Assembly (NCBI RefSeq): GCF_006345805.1 | Contig: NC_042997.1 | Location: 189,906,001-189,970,000, forward strand | DNA from: Octopus sinensis | Taxonomy: Eukaryota | DNA length: 64,000 bases | Reading direction: 5' to 3' | In this document: one piece after another, positions 26,971 to 39,512 of the stretch | Layout: every line of letters starts with the position of its first letter | Position numbering within the stretch: the first letter of the stretch is position 1 | Notes under the pieces: model-generated | Told to the model about the DNA's origin: nothing | Databases searched by the model: none | The model's input: the letters and a program-made list of their open reading frames with translations, nothing else | Made by a program: the position numbers and the translations under genes

Positions 26971-27378
26971 GTGGGTGTGTGGTAGGTGGCTTGCTTGCCA
27001 ACCACATGGTTCCGGGTTCAGTCCCACTGCGTGGCACCCTGGTCGAGTGTCTTCTACTATAGCCTCGGGCCGACCAAAGACTTGTGAGAGGATTTGTTAG
27101 ACGGAAACTGAAAGAAGCCCATCGTATACATGTATATATATATATGTTTGTGTGTGTATGTGTGTGTGTGCGTTTGTGTGTATGTTTGTGTATCTGTGTT
27201 TGCCCCCCCCCCAACATCGCTTGACAACCGATGCTGGTGTGTTTACGTCCTCGTAAATTAGCGGTTCGGCAAAAGAGACCGATAGAATAAGTACTAGGCT
27301 TACAAAGAAAAAGTCCTGGCGTCGATTTGCTCGACCTAAGGTGGTGTTCCAGCATGCAGTCAAAACAAGTAAAAGATA
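26971..27378 (+). mobile_element. SINE family A
   Basis: Matches 6318-6748. Confidence 0.85.
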
Positions 27379-28988
27379 TATATATCATGTATGCATGTCA
27401 TAGGCGTGTGTGTGCATGTATATACATGTGTATATGCTTTTTGTACGCATCACATTTTTACCCAATATGTAAGGTTTTTTTTCTAGTAAAAGTTACATAC
27501 TTTTAAAAACTTTTTTGTTTCTTCTAGATTAGAATTCACGCCTAAATGATTATTTAAAAAGGTAGCAATCCTCTCGTATCTTCCTTCTAGTTTCATCCCC
27601 ACCACCAAACATTTCATTGAATAATATCTAAAGAAAAAAAAAAGATAAAGAAAAAAACCACCAAACAAATGAAATAAAAATAAACGAAAAAACATAAATG
27701 AATGGTTTTGTTTTATTACACTAAAATCTAATTACTTCTCAGAACCATAAGCCTTGAGATTAAAATACTGAATTGCTTGCAGTTTTCCATTTTAATACAA
27801 AAAAAAAACTAAAATAAAAAATAAAGAAAGAAACAAGCAAAAATCGTAATAAAAAAATAAACAAACCATATCAATTCCGAACCTGAAACGTTTGATTAGC
27901 AACAGATGCTAACCGAAACTACGTATTTTCTTACTTCTCAATGTTACTCTCTCTCTCTGTCTGTCTCTCTCTTTCTCTGTCTCTCTCTGTGTCTGTCTCT
28001 CTCTGTCTCCATCTCTGTCTGTCTGTCTCTCTCTCACTTTTCCTCCCTATCTTCCTTTCTCCCTATCATTCTCACTTTTCCTCTAAATGTTCCCTCCTCG
28101 TTCCCCCATCTCTCTCTTTCTTTCCTCTGTTCTGTCTTTCGTTCTTTCCTTCCTTTGTACGTTTCTTCACCGTCTTTCTCTTTTCTTTGTTTCTGATGAT
28201 TTTAGTCATCTTTTCCTTCCTTCTGTCTCTCTTTTCCTTCCTTTCATTTTCTTTATCTCTTACCCTCTCCCACTTTCTCCTTCTCTTTCATTCTTTTCCT
28301 TTATCTTTCACCGCCTCCCTTTTATATTCTTCCCTCTTTATCATTACTCTCTTTCTCTCTTTATTTTTTCATCCTTCTTTTCCTTTCACCTTATCAGCCG
28401 GTCTTTACGCCACTCCCGCCATTTCTCTAATCAAGGACATCGTGTACAAACGCGATGTTCTTAACTTATCTTGATTTCTGCATTTATTTATGAATCAGTT
28501 TCTTTGTGATGATAGCTATAAATGTTTTTAAACCGGTGTATCCAAGTGAGGATTAAGTCGGCAAGTCATATTGCGTCATTTGTCTGACATCATTTTCCCA
28601 TTTATCCACTAACGTGCGATTAACTTTCTGAAAGTCTATATTAGTATCTTAATTGTGTTCACATGGCTATGTAAAAGGAATGATGGTTATGAGGAGAATA
28701 TGCGGAATAGAGGAATGAAACAAGTCAGCTATGCTTCGCCATTTTAAAATTCCTGTATATTTATAAATCTTGATCCTTTAACAACAGTCGCGTAAAAATG
28801 ATAAGGATACATTATTTTTAATTAAAAAAATGAAAAATAAACAAAATGTTGTTCTATCGATTGGCAGAACAGTAAGAGCGTCAAACAAAGTGCCACGGTA
28901 TTTATTTAGTTACAGCCTTTTCCCTCCGGTGTTCAAATTCTACTATGGACAGCTTTTGCTTTTCATTATCTTCGTAGTCGATAAAATA

Positions 28989-29545
28989 TTGGGTGTCCGG
29001 AAAGTTCGTGCCGATTTTTAAAGGAAAGAAAATGGTCAATAAATACTTGCCATTACATTTTTAATCAAATATAAACCATTTTGTTGCACAATGCATCTCT
29101 ATCATTCCTTTAACTTGAAAATACCCTCTTCCCAGAATTGAGGTGGTTTCATGGCAAAGAATTGATCAAGGTATCTTTTTACGTCATGCGAGGAATTGAA
29201 ATTTTTACCATTAAGACTATTTTGCAGAGACCTGAATAAGTGGAAATTCAAAGGAGCAATATCTGGTGAATATGGAGGGTGGGGTAACACATCCCAGCCG
29301 AGCTGCAGCAATTTTTGTCTGATTCCCAAAGCATCAAGTGCCGAAAATGAACTTTCTTATCTTCCATTTTAAATGGTTACAAAATTAACACAGGTTATAA
29401 ACATAAATCTTCTTCCACGAAAAGATAGCTTAAACTGTGCTCTAAATGGAGGTGTAGTCAAATCCTAATTTATGGACTCAACCATGTTCTAAAATAAGTT
29501 GAAATGTAAGCTACTATAAATCGGCACGAACTTTCCGGACCACCC
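28989..29545 (-). mobile_element. Internally deleted mariner element (copy 2)
   Basis: Colinear with 2532-3097 along its length, same TIRs and same deletion junction; WDVLPHPPYSPDIAP at 29102-29329. Confidence 0.95.
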
Positions 29546-30367
29546 CTGGAGTTGATGTAATATCTACAAAATACTCTGAATATGATCGAATGTAATTAAA
29601 ATTGAAGAGAATATGTTCTGAATTCTTAATAAAAAAAGAAAAGGATGTGTTTGTGTAAATGATTGTGGTAGATGGATGGTAGGTACATCTTTAGACAAAA
29701 TAGCACGTGGCATTTAGTTACGTTCCTTTACGTTCAGGATTCAGACTACAACTGCATTACCCTTAATCTTTACTAGCTTAAAAATTATGCAGTGACGACT
29801 TTAGAAACATTTACACCAATATAGACAAAGATCAAGCACCGAAACCAGTAATAGAGATGCACATACAAGGAGACAGAAGTGCATACATATACAAATACAC
29901 GATCACACACATACATAGAAAATACACAAACACGGACATGCAAGCACATGAATATGCAGAATACATGCATACATAAGCACACACACAGATATATATATAT
30001 ATACATATGCATACACACACATATATACATACATAGATACACACATACATACATATGTACATGCATGTCTGCAAGGCACACACACACTCACACACACATA
30101 CACACACTGACTCACACACATGCGCACAAACAAACAAAAAGGAACGCAGTGTAAATAAGGGACACTATCAAGACTATTGCAAAGGTTGCAAGACGCAACG
30201 AAAATTTTAGGAAAATAAAAATAAGAAATAAGTGGAAATTTTACCGGTGAGTGTGTTATATATAAGGCACAAAAAGAAATGACTCTCCCAGACAGAACAG
30301 AATATGCTTCAACACACGAATCATATAAAGAATCTTGCAACCAAATCCAAAAACGAATATGTATATA

Positions 30368-30397
<30 letters not shown>

Positions 30398-30398
<1 letters not shown>

Positions 30399-30572
30399 GG
30401 AGAGTTTACGAAAAAAAAATCAAAAGACGAAGACAGGTGGTGCCAAAACAAAGAGATGTATTAGTATAACACTCAGGAATAGAAAAAGTCTTTTACGTTT
30501 CGAGCCTACGCTCTTCTACAGAAAAGAAGACAGAAAAAACAAGGGGAGAAAAAAAAGTGTGTAGTGGCTAAC
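30398..30572 (-). mobile_element. HH-1 element copy (intact HHR-like motif 30490-30525)
   Basis: Reverse strand tttt-CTGTAGA-A-gagc/gtag/gctc-GAAAC-GTA-aaag; 3' end abuts (TA)n. Confidence 0.8.
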
Positions 30573-30606
30573 GATTGTGTGTATGTGTATGTGTGTGTGT
30601 GTGTTG

Positions 30607-30637
<31 letters not shown>

Positions 30638-31058
30638 TGTGTGTGTTGTGTGTGGTGTTTGTGTGTAAATATAATTTTGTATTTTTTCCAGGATATTTTC
30701 AGTTCTCGCATATTAATTAAGAAGGCCGAATCTATAACTTCGATCCTTCCAACATTACTTCATTAGACAAAACTCTTTTTTTCTGGTGATTGAAATAGAA
30801 ACTAGTATGTTACATTTACACACTTGACTGCGCTTGTTATGAAGATGTATCACTTTGGACGAGAATATCTATCGTGAGATGATTCTAAGTGACTACAAAG
30901 CTCTCAGTTACAACGAAAAATCCTTTTTATTTATATATCACTCTACATTTCTCTCTTTCAGTCAGTCTGTCTGTCTCTTTCTCTCTATATCTGTCATTAG
31001 AAAACACACTCAGATTTACGCCGCATGTACTCACTCAGAAAAAAATGAAAAACATATA

Positions 31059-31466
31059 TATTTCTTTACTGCCCACAAGGGGCTAAACATAGAGGGGACA
31101 AACAAGGACAGACAAACGGATTAAGTCGATTATATCGACCTCAGTGCGAAACTGGTACTTTATTTATCGACCCCGAAAGAATGAAAGGCAAAGTCGAACT
31201 CGATGGAATTTGAACTCAGAACGTAACGGCAGACGAAATACCTATTTCTTTACTATCCACAAGGGGACAAACACAGAGAGGACAAACAAGGAGGACAGAC
31301 AAACGGATTAAGTCGATTACATCGACCCCAGTGCGTAACTGGTACTTAATTTATCGACCCCGAAAGGATGAAAGGCAAAATCGACCTCGGTGGAATTTGA
31401 ACTCAGAACGTAACGGCAGACGAAATACCGCTAAGCATTTCGCCCGGCGTGCTAACGTTTCTGCCA
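31059..31466 (-). mobile_element. SINE family B: head plus two tandem ~185-bp units
   Basis: Units about 31059-31241 and 31242-31428; head 31429-31466. Confidence 0.85.
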
Positions 31467-31929
31467 GATACATAAGAAGGCACATTGCATGCGCATGCGC
31501 GTATACATTTGGTATGCACGCAGTGTTGCCGGACGATTAAGAAGTTTGCTCCGCAGTCATGAGGTCCCGAGATCCACCCACTGTATAGCATTATGGGTAA
31601 AAATAATTCAACCCAAAACATAGGGAGTAAAATCAGGAGACGGAAACTGTATGAAACCCAGTCTGAGGTAGTTGACCTGTAATTCACTGGACCACACTTG
31701 TCACTCAGTGTCACGTTGAGTTTTATATTTTTGACCTCTTAGCAACAGTCACGTGAACATTGTAGTAGTATATAATATTTATTTGTTATTAAAAGTATTA
31801 AAATTGGTAATTACTTCCAGAGAACAGATTTCTGTGAAATATTCAACCACTCACATGGCAATTCAACGAAATTCGTTGTAGATCAGTTGATCGAACAAGT
31901 GAAAACTCATGGCTGGGAATCTATTGACC

Positions 31930-31983
31930 AAAGCCTTGTGAGTGGATTTGGTAGATGGAAACTTAAAGAAGCCCGTCGTATGT

Positions 31984-32038
<55 letters not shown>

Positions 32039-32473
32039 AGGGGGAGAAAAAAAAAGCCAAAAAGACGAAGACAGGTGATGTAGACAACAAACATATGTAT
32101 AGTATAACGCTCGGGAAGTGAAAAAGTATTTAACGTTTCGAGCCTACGTTCTTCCACAGAAAGGAACACAGAAAGAAACAAGGAGAGAATATAAATAATG
32201 TGTAGTGGCTACTGATCTATCATGGTGAATCTGTGTGTGTGTCTGAGTCGGTGTCTTTGTCCGCCATCACTGATTGAAAACCGGTGTTGGTGTGCTTACC
32301 TCCCTGTAACTAGGCGGTTCGATAAAAGATGCCAATAGAATAAGTAGTAGGCTTAGAAAAATAAGTCCTGGGGTCGGTTTGTTCGACTAAAACCCTTCAA
32401 GGCGATGCTCCAGTATGGCCACAGTCAATTGACAGAAGCAAGTCAAATGACAGAAGCAAGAAAAAGAATTAAA
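31930..32473 (+). mobile_element. SINE family A split by an HH-1 insertion (32039-32222, minus strand) in its internal microsatellite
   Basis: 5' body ends gaagcccgtcgtatg at about 31982; after (TA)n and HH-1 the SINE 3' half resumes at about 32225. Confidence 0.8.
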
Positions 32474-32475
32474 GA

Positions 32476-32980
32476 CCTATGTGCTAGAAAAAAGATTGCT
32501 TTACTTAAACAACTTAATGGATGCTGCAGATATATTGATGACATATTCATACCTAATTATGGTTTCTTTGAATTTTTACTCAGAAAAATATACCCTAGTG
32601 AGTTTATAGCCACCAGAAATTGTAACAATATAAGGAATATCAATTATTTAGATGTGAATTTAGTAATTAAGGATAATAATGAAATATGTACTGACATTTA
32701 TAACAAAACAGAAGATTTTTGTTTCCAAGTGGCTTCAATGCCATAGTTCAGTTGTAGAATTTCTTCTTTTATTGGTTACGGTGTTTTTGCAGGGCAAATT
32801 GTCAGATATAGTACTATTATTAATAAGGCTAATAAATTTTTGGAAAGAATAAATAAACAGTTAAGACATTATGTAAAACAAGGGTATAGATATGGTAAAT
32901 TGGTTAAAACTTTTAATCGCTGTTTAGATGGAAGACTTGAGATTTTAAATAGATATGTATCTAATCGTCAACTTAGCTAA
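32476..32980 (+). mobile_element. 5'-truncated RT C-terminus of a divergent Penelope-like element
   Basis: One frame with one internal TAG: CRYIDDIFIP...KIYPSEF...NYLDVNL...TDIYNKTEDFCFQVASMP*FSCRISSFIGYGVFAGQIVRY...KQGYRYGKLVKTFNR...LS*. Confidence 0.7.
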
Positions 32981-33431
32981 TATTTGTAAAGATTTGGAAT
33001 GTTTACGATTCAAGCTATTTGCTTACTACTTCACCAATAATTTTGAGAAAATTGGGAAAGTAATAATTACGCACTAAGTCATCAATAGTTAAGATAGTCT
33101 TATAAGTTCTAGAGGTGATGGAACTGCGTGGTCTGAAAAACCTTGTAAGCGTTAATACTTTGTAGTTTTTTCTTTTAAACTGTTTTATTTAGTTTTAATC
33201 GTAACAAGTTTTTATAATAATAGTTAAGTACAAGTATACTTTTATTAGTTGTTATTTAATAAATTTAATGTTTCTATTAAAAGCGTGTAAGGGTAATATA
33301 TATGAATGACTATATAGTGTTTTTATTATTAACTTTCGAATTATGAAATAATGTATTTCACTCATAATTATTATAATATTCGTTAAATTACATTCAATCG
33401 TGTTTTGTTTCGAGAGAATTAAATATAAGCA

Positions 33432-33661
33432 AAGGCGGCGAGCTGGCAGAAACGTTAGCACGCCGGGCGAAATGCGTAGCCGTATTTCGTCTGCCGTTAC
33501 GTTCTGAGTTCAAATTCCGCCGAGGTCGACTTTGCCTTTCATCCTTTCGGGGTCGATAAATTAAGTACCAGTTACGCACTGGGGTCGATGTAATCGACTT
33601 AATACCTATGTATGTCCTTGATTTCCCCTCTATGTTCAGCCCCTTGTGGGCAATAAAGATA
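33432..33661 (+). mobile_element. SINE family B, head plus one unit
   Basis: Near-consensus copy of 18528-18760. Confidence 0.85.
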
Positions 33662-34104
33662 TAAGAATTGAATATAAGCTTTGTGAGAATGAATGGAAGA
33701 GGAGAAATAGCGAAAGAGAAGGAAATGTGCATGAGATTCTGTGATGTTGTAATTATGTCATTTGTGTGAGCCTGTATGATTTGGTGCATGACCATGTCTG
33801 TATGTTTGACTGTGCCCCCGCGTGTATTTGTGTGTTCATTCGTTTGTACGTGCTTGACTTTCTTTACGTTAATGTGTGTGCGTATGATTGTCAGCGTCTC
33901 TGTACGTGTTGGTGTCAGCGTGCGTATGTCACTCTATTCGTTGGAAATATAAATATCTGTAGAAGAAAATGTCAGTTTAAATAGAAAGTGCAATGTAAAG
34001 AAAGAGGTAAACAAATAGTTGCCTGAAAAAGAAAGGAGTCTAAATTAAGAACATTTGATGAGTATAATACCGCTGGTAAATAAAACATGCCTTCACAATG
34101 ACTG

Positions 34105-34167
<63 letters not shown>

Positions 34168-34719
34168 CATACATGTATATATATATGTGTGTATGTGTGT
34201 GTATGTGTGTGTGTGTGAGTATGTATATGTGTATATCCAGCAGGACTGCAGACATATGTCGGAAGCGAATAATATATATATATATATATTTCATTTCTAA
34301 TATTAGGGTAAATAATTATTAATTTTAAAATCAATAATTATTACCAAGTAGTTTCGGTATGGAAAGAGAACCAACTTGTTGCTTAACCCTAATTATAAAT
34401 ATATATATAATATATATCTAAAAATTATATATATATATATCTACAATATGGTAGAATATACTAATTATATATATATATATATATATTAGATATATATATA
34501 TATTTAATATATATATATATAATATATATTATATATATATAGAATCTATTATATATAATATATATATATATTTAATGAAATGGATAAATGAATATCTTGT
34601 TACGGATTATTCAAAATTACCGATACCTGTGTAGCAAAAATCACACCAGAAAAGACACGGTTGAGGTTACGACCATAGGGTTTCGCCCCCGTGCTTCAGC
34701 GCGGATAATTGAAGTTTTT

Positions 34720-35092
34720 ATATATTTAGTGAAGGGAAGAAATGGAGCCGAACGAAGATTCTACAATTCCTTTTTATTATTTCTACAACATGTTCAAAGG
34801 CTGCAAATTCCCAAATTCGGATTGAATAAGAAGACCATTCTGCAGCTTCTCTTCAGGAAAATCCAGGAATTTAAAATCTCAAAACAAATGCGCAGCAAGC
34901 TTTTCGAACAACAGCTCCATAGGAGCCCATGGTAAAAAATGGCACCTGGATTTTCCTGAAGAGAAGCTGCAAAATGGTCTCCTTATTCAATCCGAATTGG
35001 GAATTTGCCAGCCTTTGAAACATGTGTAGAAAATAATAAAAAGGAATTTTGTAGAATCTTCTTCGGCTCCATTTCTTCCCGTCACTAAATAT
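34720..35092. repeat. Inverted repeat, ~147-bp arms and ~77-bp spacer
   Basis: 34720-34867 is the reverse complement of 34945-35092 apart from small indels and substitutions. Confidence 0.85.
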
Positions 35093-35504
35093 ATATATAT
35101 ATATATATATAAATAATATAATATAATAATATATAATATATATATATTATATATATTTGATACTTTGATAGGTTTCGGCCATCATTGGCCCAGGCTATGT
35201 CTAACTTAATAGCACCACAAATACATGCATGCATACATACATACATGCCCACACACACATACACATATATATTTATATATTTTATATATATATATACCGA
35301 TTACGGTTCGAAAATCGGTTAAGGTTGTTCATCGTTTATTTCAGTCCGCGGAGAAATGGCTAAAATTTGCCCCGTTTACATCTATCCTATATATTATACA
35401 CACAAACACACACACAAACACACACACATACACACACACAAACACAAACACACACACAAAACACACACACACACACACACACATACATACACACACACAC
35501 ACAT

Positions 35505-35660
35505 GCGCATGCGTGGGTATAAGAAGTTTGCTCCCTAACAATATGGTAGAGGTTTCAGGCCCACTGCGTGACATTTTTGACAAGTGATTTCTACTATAGT
35601 CCTGAGCTGATCAAAGTCTTGTGATTGGATCTCGTAGACAGAAACTGAAAGAAGGCCATA
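35505..35660 (+). mobile_element. Degenerate 5' half of SINE family A
   Basis: cccactgcgtg...gacaagtgatttctactatagtcc...gaaactgaaagaagg. Confidence 0.7.
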
Positions 35661-35671
35661 ATATACATACA

Positions 35672-36223
35672 CTAGCAAACGCACCGTCCTTCGGACGGTT
35701 TAAGTTGCTTTGGTGATATTTTTTTCACCAAATAATTGAACTAAACCTAATTTTAATTTCCCTCTCCCACAAAACACCTTGTAATATACAGTTAACTAGT
35801 CTTCTTTAAAAATGTTTCGTGAAAAAATGCTGTTAGTAATCGATGATGTTTCAACTAAAGAATCGTAAAAAGTATTGTGTAACTAATTAAAATGTCCCTA
35901 ATCGACATAGCAGCGTGTACTGAATATTTTAAAGTAAAACATACCATCCAGCTGGTCATGTTCCAAATTAACACCTAAGCTTTTAAAATAGCGATAACAG
36001 TTGTTTTAAAATAGCGGCTGGCATCCATACATCTTTTGTGACGTCATGCGACTAAATATATCTGAGGAGAGGACGTCCCTCAGCATTTGCGAAGAAAAAA
36101 TAACCTGAGATACTTTCAGTTTCACGTATCATGTTACTAACAGCATGCGATGTCAATTCATTAGTTTTTCTTTACGCAAAGTTAGCTTGCAAACGTATTG
36201 AAATAGAATATAGATTATATAGA
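35672..36223 (-). mobile_element. Non-autonomous Helitron (552 bp)
   Basis: On the minus strand: A|TC 5' end (36223), 7-bp hairpin accgtcc-ttc-ggacggt (35683-35699) 7 nt before CTAG|T 3' end; no TSD. Confidence 0.75.
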
Positions 36224-36264
36224 TTTCTATTTCTGCTATGTATACATACATAAGCTACAAATAC

Positions 36265-36477
36265 CTGCTACGCTCCTATAAGAATTCCTAGAATTCGCAA
36301 CGGGCTTGTCGTTCAGGTGTTTGACTGCTAAGGTGAAAAACCATTTTGTATTGTCACTGACGGCACATTGCATCCCCGGCAAAAATACATTCTTAACTCT
36401 TAGTTGTTCTTCACCATCTTTAGGTCCTGGGCAGCCTTGATCGAGTAGAGCCATGAGCATTATTGTGTCAGCTATGA
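36265..36477 (-). CDS. Weak candidate coding exon of unknown product
   Basis: 213 nt (71 codons), open, phase 1-1, AG|GTATTT donor, non-repetitive translation IADTIMLMALLDQGCPGPKDGEEQLRVKNVFLPGMQCAV...; poor polypyrimidine tract. Confidence 0.2.
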
Positions 36478-37059
36478 CTATGTAGGTTTGTTTTCAGATA
36501 TAATGTATCCAAGAATTCTTCCCTCCGTTTAAACAGCAGGAGGTACTTTGAGAGAGATGTGGCTACTATTCCTAATAGATCGGCAACAATATAGCACATA
36601 TCACTGTTGTAAATACAAGTGAAACTGAGTAGTCGAATACTGATTTGTTTGCACCCAAGAACATTCTTAATTTCGCCTAAGAGATAATAAAGATGAAATT
36701 GATACAACTAATAGTGTTAAGCTGCTGACGATGGCTACTGAGAGCAAGAACTAAGCTTCTTGTGAAGCGAGACGACATCACATTTTACAATATATTCTTG
36801 CTGTTAATACACTTAAAAAATTGCAAGGGTAGTACGTTATTTTATCCCCCTTTCTTTCTAAAATATAAGACTTTTGCATTAAATCAAAATAAACCAAAAC
36901 TATATCAGCACCATCAGTGCTATTTTATAAGTAGTTTGGTAATATCGGTTGAGTGACGGGCAAAGTAACTTGAGCTATTTACTTGCTTGTATTTACATTT
37001 TGATTTCGAATCTTGTCAAGGTAATGATTCCTATCATCAATACCGTGTCAATATATACC

Positions 37060-37405
37060 GTGGAGGCGCAATGGCCCAGTGGTTAGGGCAGCGGACTCGC
37101 GTTGTGAGTGTTTATTGAGCGAAAACACCTAAAGCTCCACGAGGCTCAGGCAGGGATGGTGGTGATCCCTGCTGTACTCTTTCACCACAACTTTCTCTCA
37201 CTCTTACTTCCTGTTTCTGTTGTACCTGTATTTCAAAGGGCCGGCCTTGTCACTCCCTGTGTCACGCTGAATATCCCCGAGAACTACGTTAAGGGTACAC
37301 GTGTCTGTGGAGTGTTCAGCCACTTACACGTTAATTTCACGAGCAGGCTGTTCCGTTGATCGGATTAACCGGAACCCTCGTCGTCGTAACTGACGGAGTG
37401 CTTCT
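37060..37405 (+). mobile_element. SINE family C with an internal head deletion and a 12-bp TSD
   Basis: accgtgtcaata at 37042-37053 and 37410-37421; the B-box segment present in 62468-62847 is missing. Confidence 0.85.
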
Positions 37406-37923
37406 ATCCACCGTGTCAATAAAATAAATAGTATTCAGACGTTTACTGGCTATGGTATTCACCATAATACTGTCTAGTTGCAATAACGTTTTACGATAGT
37501 GGAGTCTTCAGTTCAATGTTTTTGGGTTATTCCCTTTCCCCTGAATATTTAGAGTAGAATCTCCGTACTTTGTTACTAATTTTCTCTGATGATGTCGCTA
37601 TGTGTTAACTTTTGATTAACTCTTTATAATGACGTTCAAGTGACCGACTCTGCAGCGTAAACTTTTTATGGTTTCCTCAAGTATCGTTATCCACCTTAAC
37701 TATTTATCATGGATTGCTTCATTGCTGCATAATCTGTAGATGTCTTCCAAGTGCTCCATCAGAGTAACAACAGCCTTATAAAAGCAGGTATTGATATTCC
37801 AATACATGTTATCCAATTTTTTAATACATTACCCAACAATATCGACAAAACTTAAAATGTCTTCTTCACTTTCATAAAAAAATCTCTGTTGTTTAACGTC
37901 ACACAACTTGTCAGTATATATAT

Positions 37924-37954
<31 letters not shown>

Positions 37955-38105
37955 ATATATATATATATCAATATATATATATATATATACATATATATAC
38001 ATAATATATACATATATATATCTGTATATATTATATATATCAATATGTATATATATATATCAATATGTATATATATATATATATATAAATATGTATATAT
38101 ATATA

Positions 38106-38170
<65 letters not shown>

Positions 38171-38384
38171 TATATACAAGGAAATTAAGAAAATGGATTT
38201 AAATCAATTAATAAATATATTTATTAACTGCAAAAATAAACATGATCTCTAAAAGCTATTTCGATTTATACTTTAAAGATTATAACTGCAATAAATCATT
38301 TCATAAAGCAGAATCTCGTCAGAGGCAGCCCAAAATATATACCAATGTATTATTAGGTGTTAATGTTAAGAAAATTCACGAAAA

Positions 38385-38942
38385 CAAAACAAATGATGAA
38401 GATAGGTGATGTAGACAACAAACAGATGTATTAGTATAACGCTCGGGAAGTGAAAAAGTCTTTAACGTTTTGAGCCTATGCTATTCCACAGAAAGGAACA
38501 CAGAAAGAAACAAGGAGAGAAAATAAAGAATGTGTAGTGGCTAGCGATCTATCATGGGTACAAGATAGTTTAGAAAGTATAAAAATATGTTGAGAACGTG
38601 TAAAAAATTACGAAAAGTTCAAAAGCTTCAGACGTCGTGGTGTATTGGAGCGATTTTTCATCAACGGAGGAGTCAAGTGTAATCCATAGGCAGGAGAGAT
38701 GCAGCTGAAGTGTAGAAAGTCCAGGATCAACTGGTGCAACCACGTGAGCGTGTAATATATGGGGAGAATTCACAAAAAACAACAAAAGACGAAAACATGT
38801 GGTGTAGACAACAAACAGATGTATTAGCATAACGCTCGGGAACTGAAAATGTCTTTAACGTTTCGAGCCTATGCTCTTCCACAGAAAGGAACGCAGAAAG
38901 AAACAAGGAGAGAAAATAAAGAATGTGTAGTGGCTAGCGATA
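38385..38942 (-). mobile_element. Two HH-1 copies in tandem around a ~215-bp unique spacer
   Basis: HHR-like motifs at 38460-38495 (G12 and stem II mutated) and 38853-38888 (intact, CUGUGGA core, GUU site). Confidence 0.75.
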
Positions 38943-39155
38943 CATACACACATATACATGCATGTATGTGTGTATGTATGTATTTATGTACGTACGTATG
39001 TATGTATGTATGTATGTATGTATGTATGTATGTATGTATGTATGTATGTATGTATGTATGTATGTATACCACAGCTTGAGAATAATTTTTCCAGCTTTTC
39101 AAAGCTATCGTTAAGCAGCAGAACTTTCAGATATATGTATGCATAAAAGGGTAAA

Positions 39156-39476
39156 GACCCCCTTCGGTCATGAGTGACCATGGGTTTGCACCTAGAGAGT
39201 TACCCTCTGAGGCACAAGTCTGGGCAAGGTTGTTTATGGAAGACCAGCAGTCGCCCATGCATACCGGCCTCCCCTCTCCACGTCACCGATGTTATCCAAG
39301 GGAAAGGCAAAGGGGCCGATACAACTTGGCACCTGTGACGTCGCAACTCATTTCTACAGCTGAGTGAACTGGAGCAACGTGAAATAAAGTGCCTTGCTCA
39401 AGAACACAACACGCAGCCCGGTCTGGGATTCGAGCTCACAACCTCATGATCGTAAGCTCGACGCTCTAACCACTGA

Positions 39477-39482
<6 letters not shown>
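39156..39482 (-). mobile_element. tRNA-derived SINE family D
   Basis: Minus strand tggctcagtggttagagcg A-box, gagctcgaatccc B-box-like, ttcttgagcaaggcacttt central segment and D tail. Confidence 0.85.

Positions 39483-39512
<30 letters not shown>

Noticed and set aside
36718-36762. CTGACGA motif (also CTGAAGA on the minus strand at about 37485-37525, and CTGACGA at about 7616)
   Set aside because: GAAA and/or stems I and II are too degenerate to support a hammerhead call.
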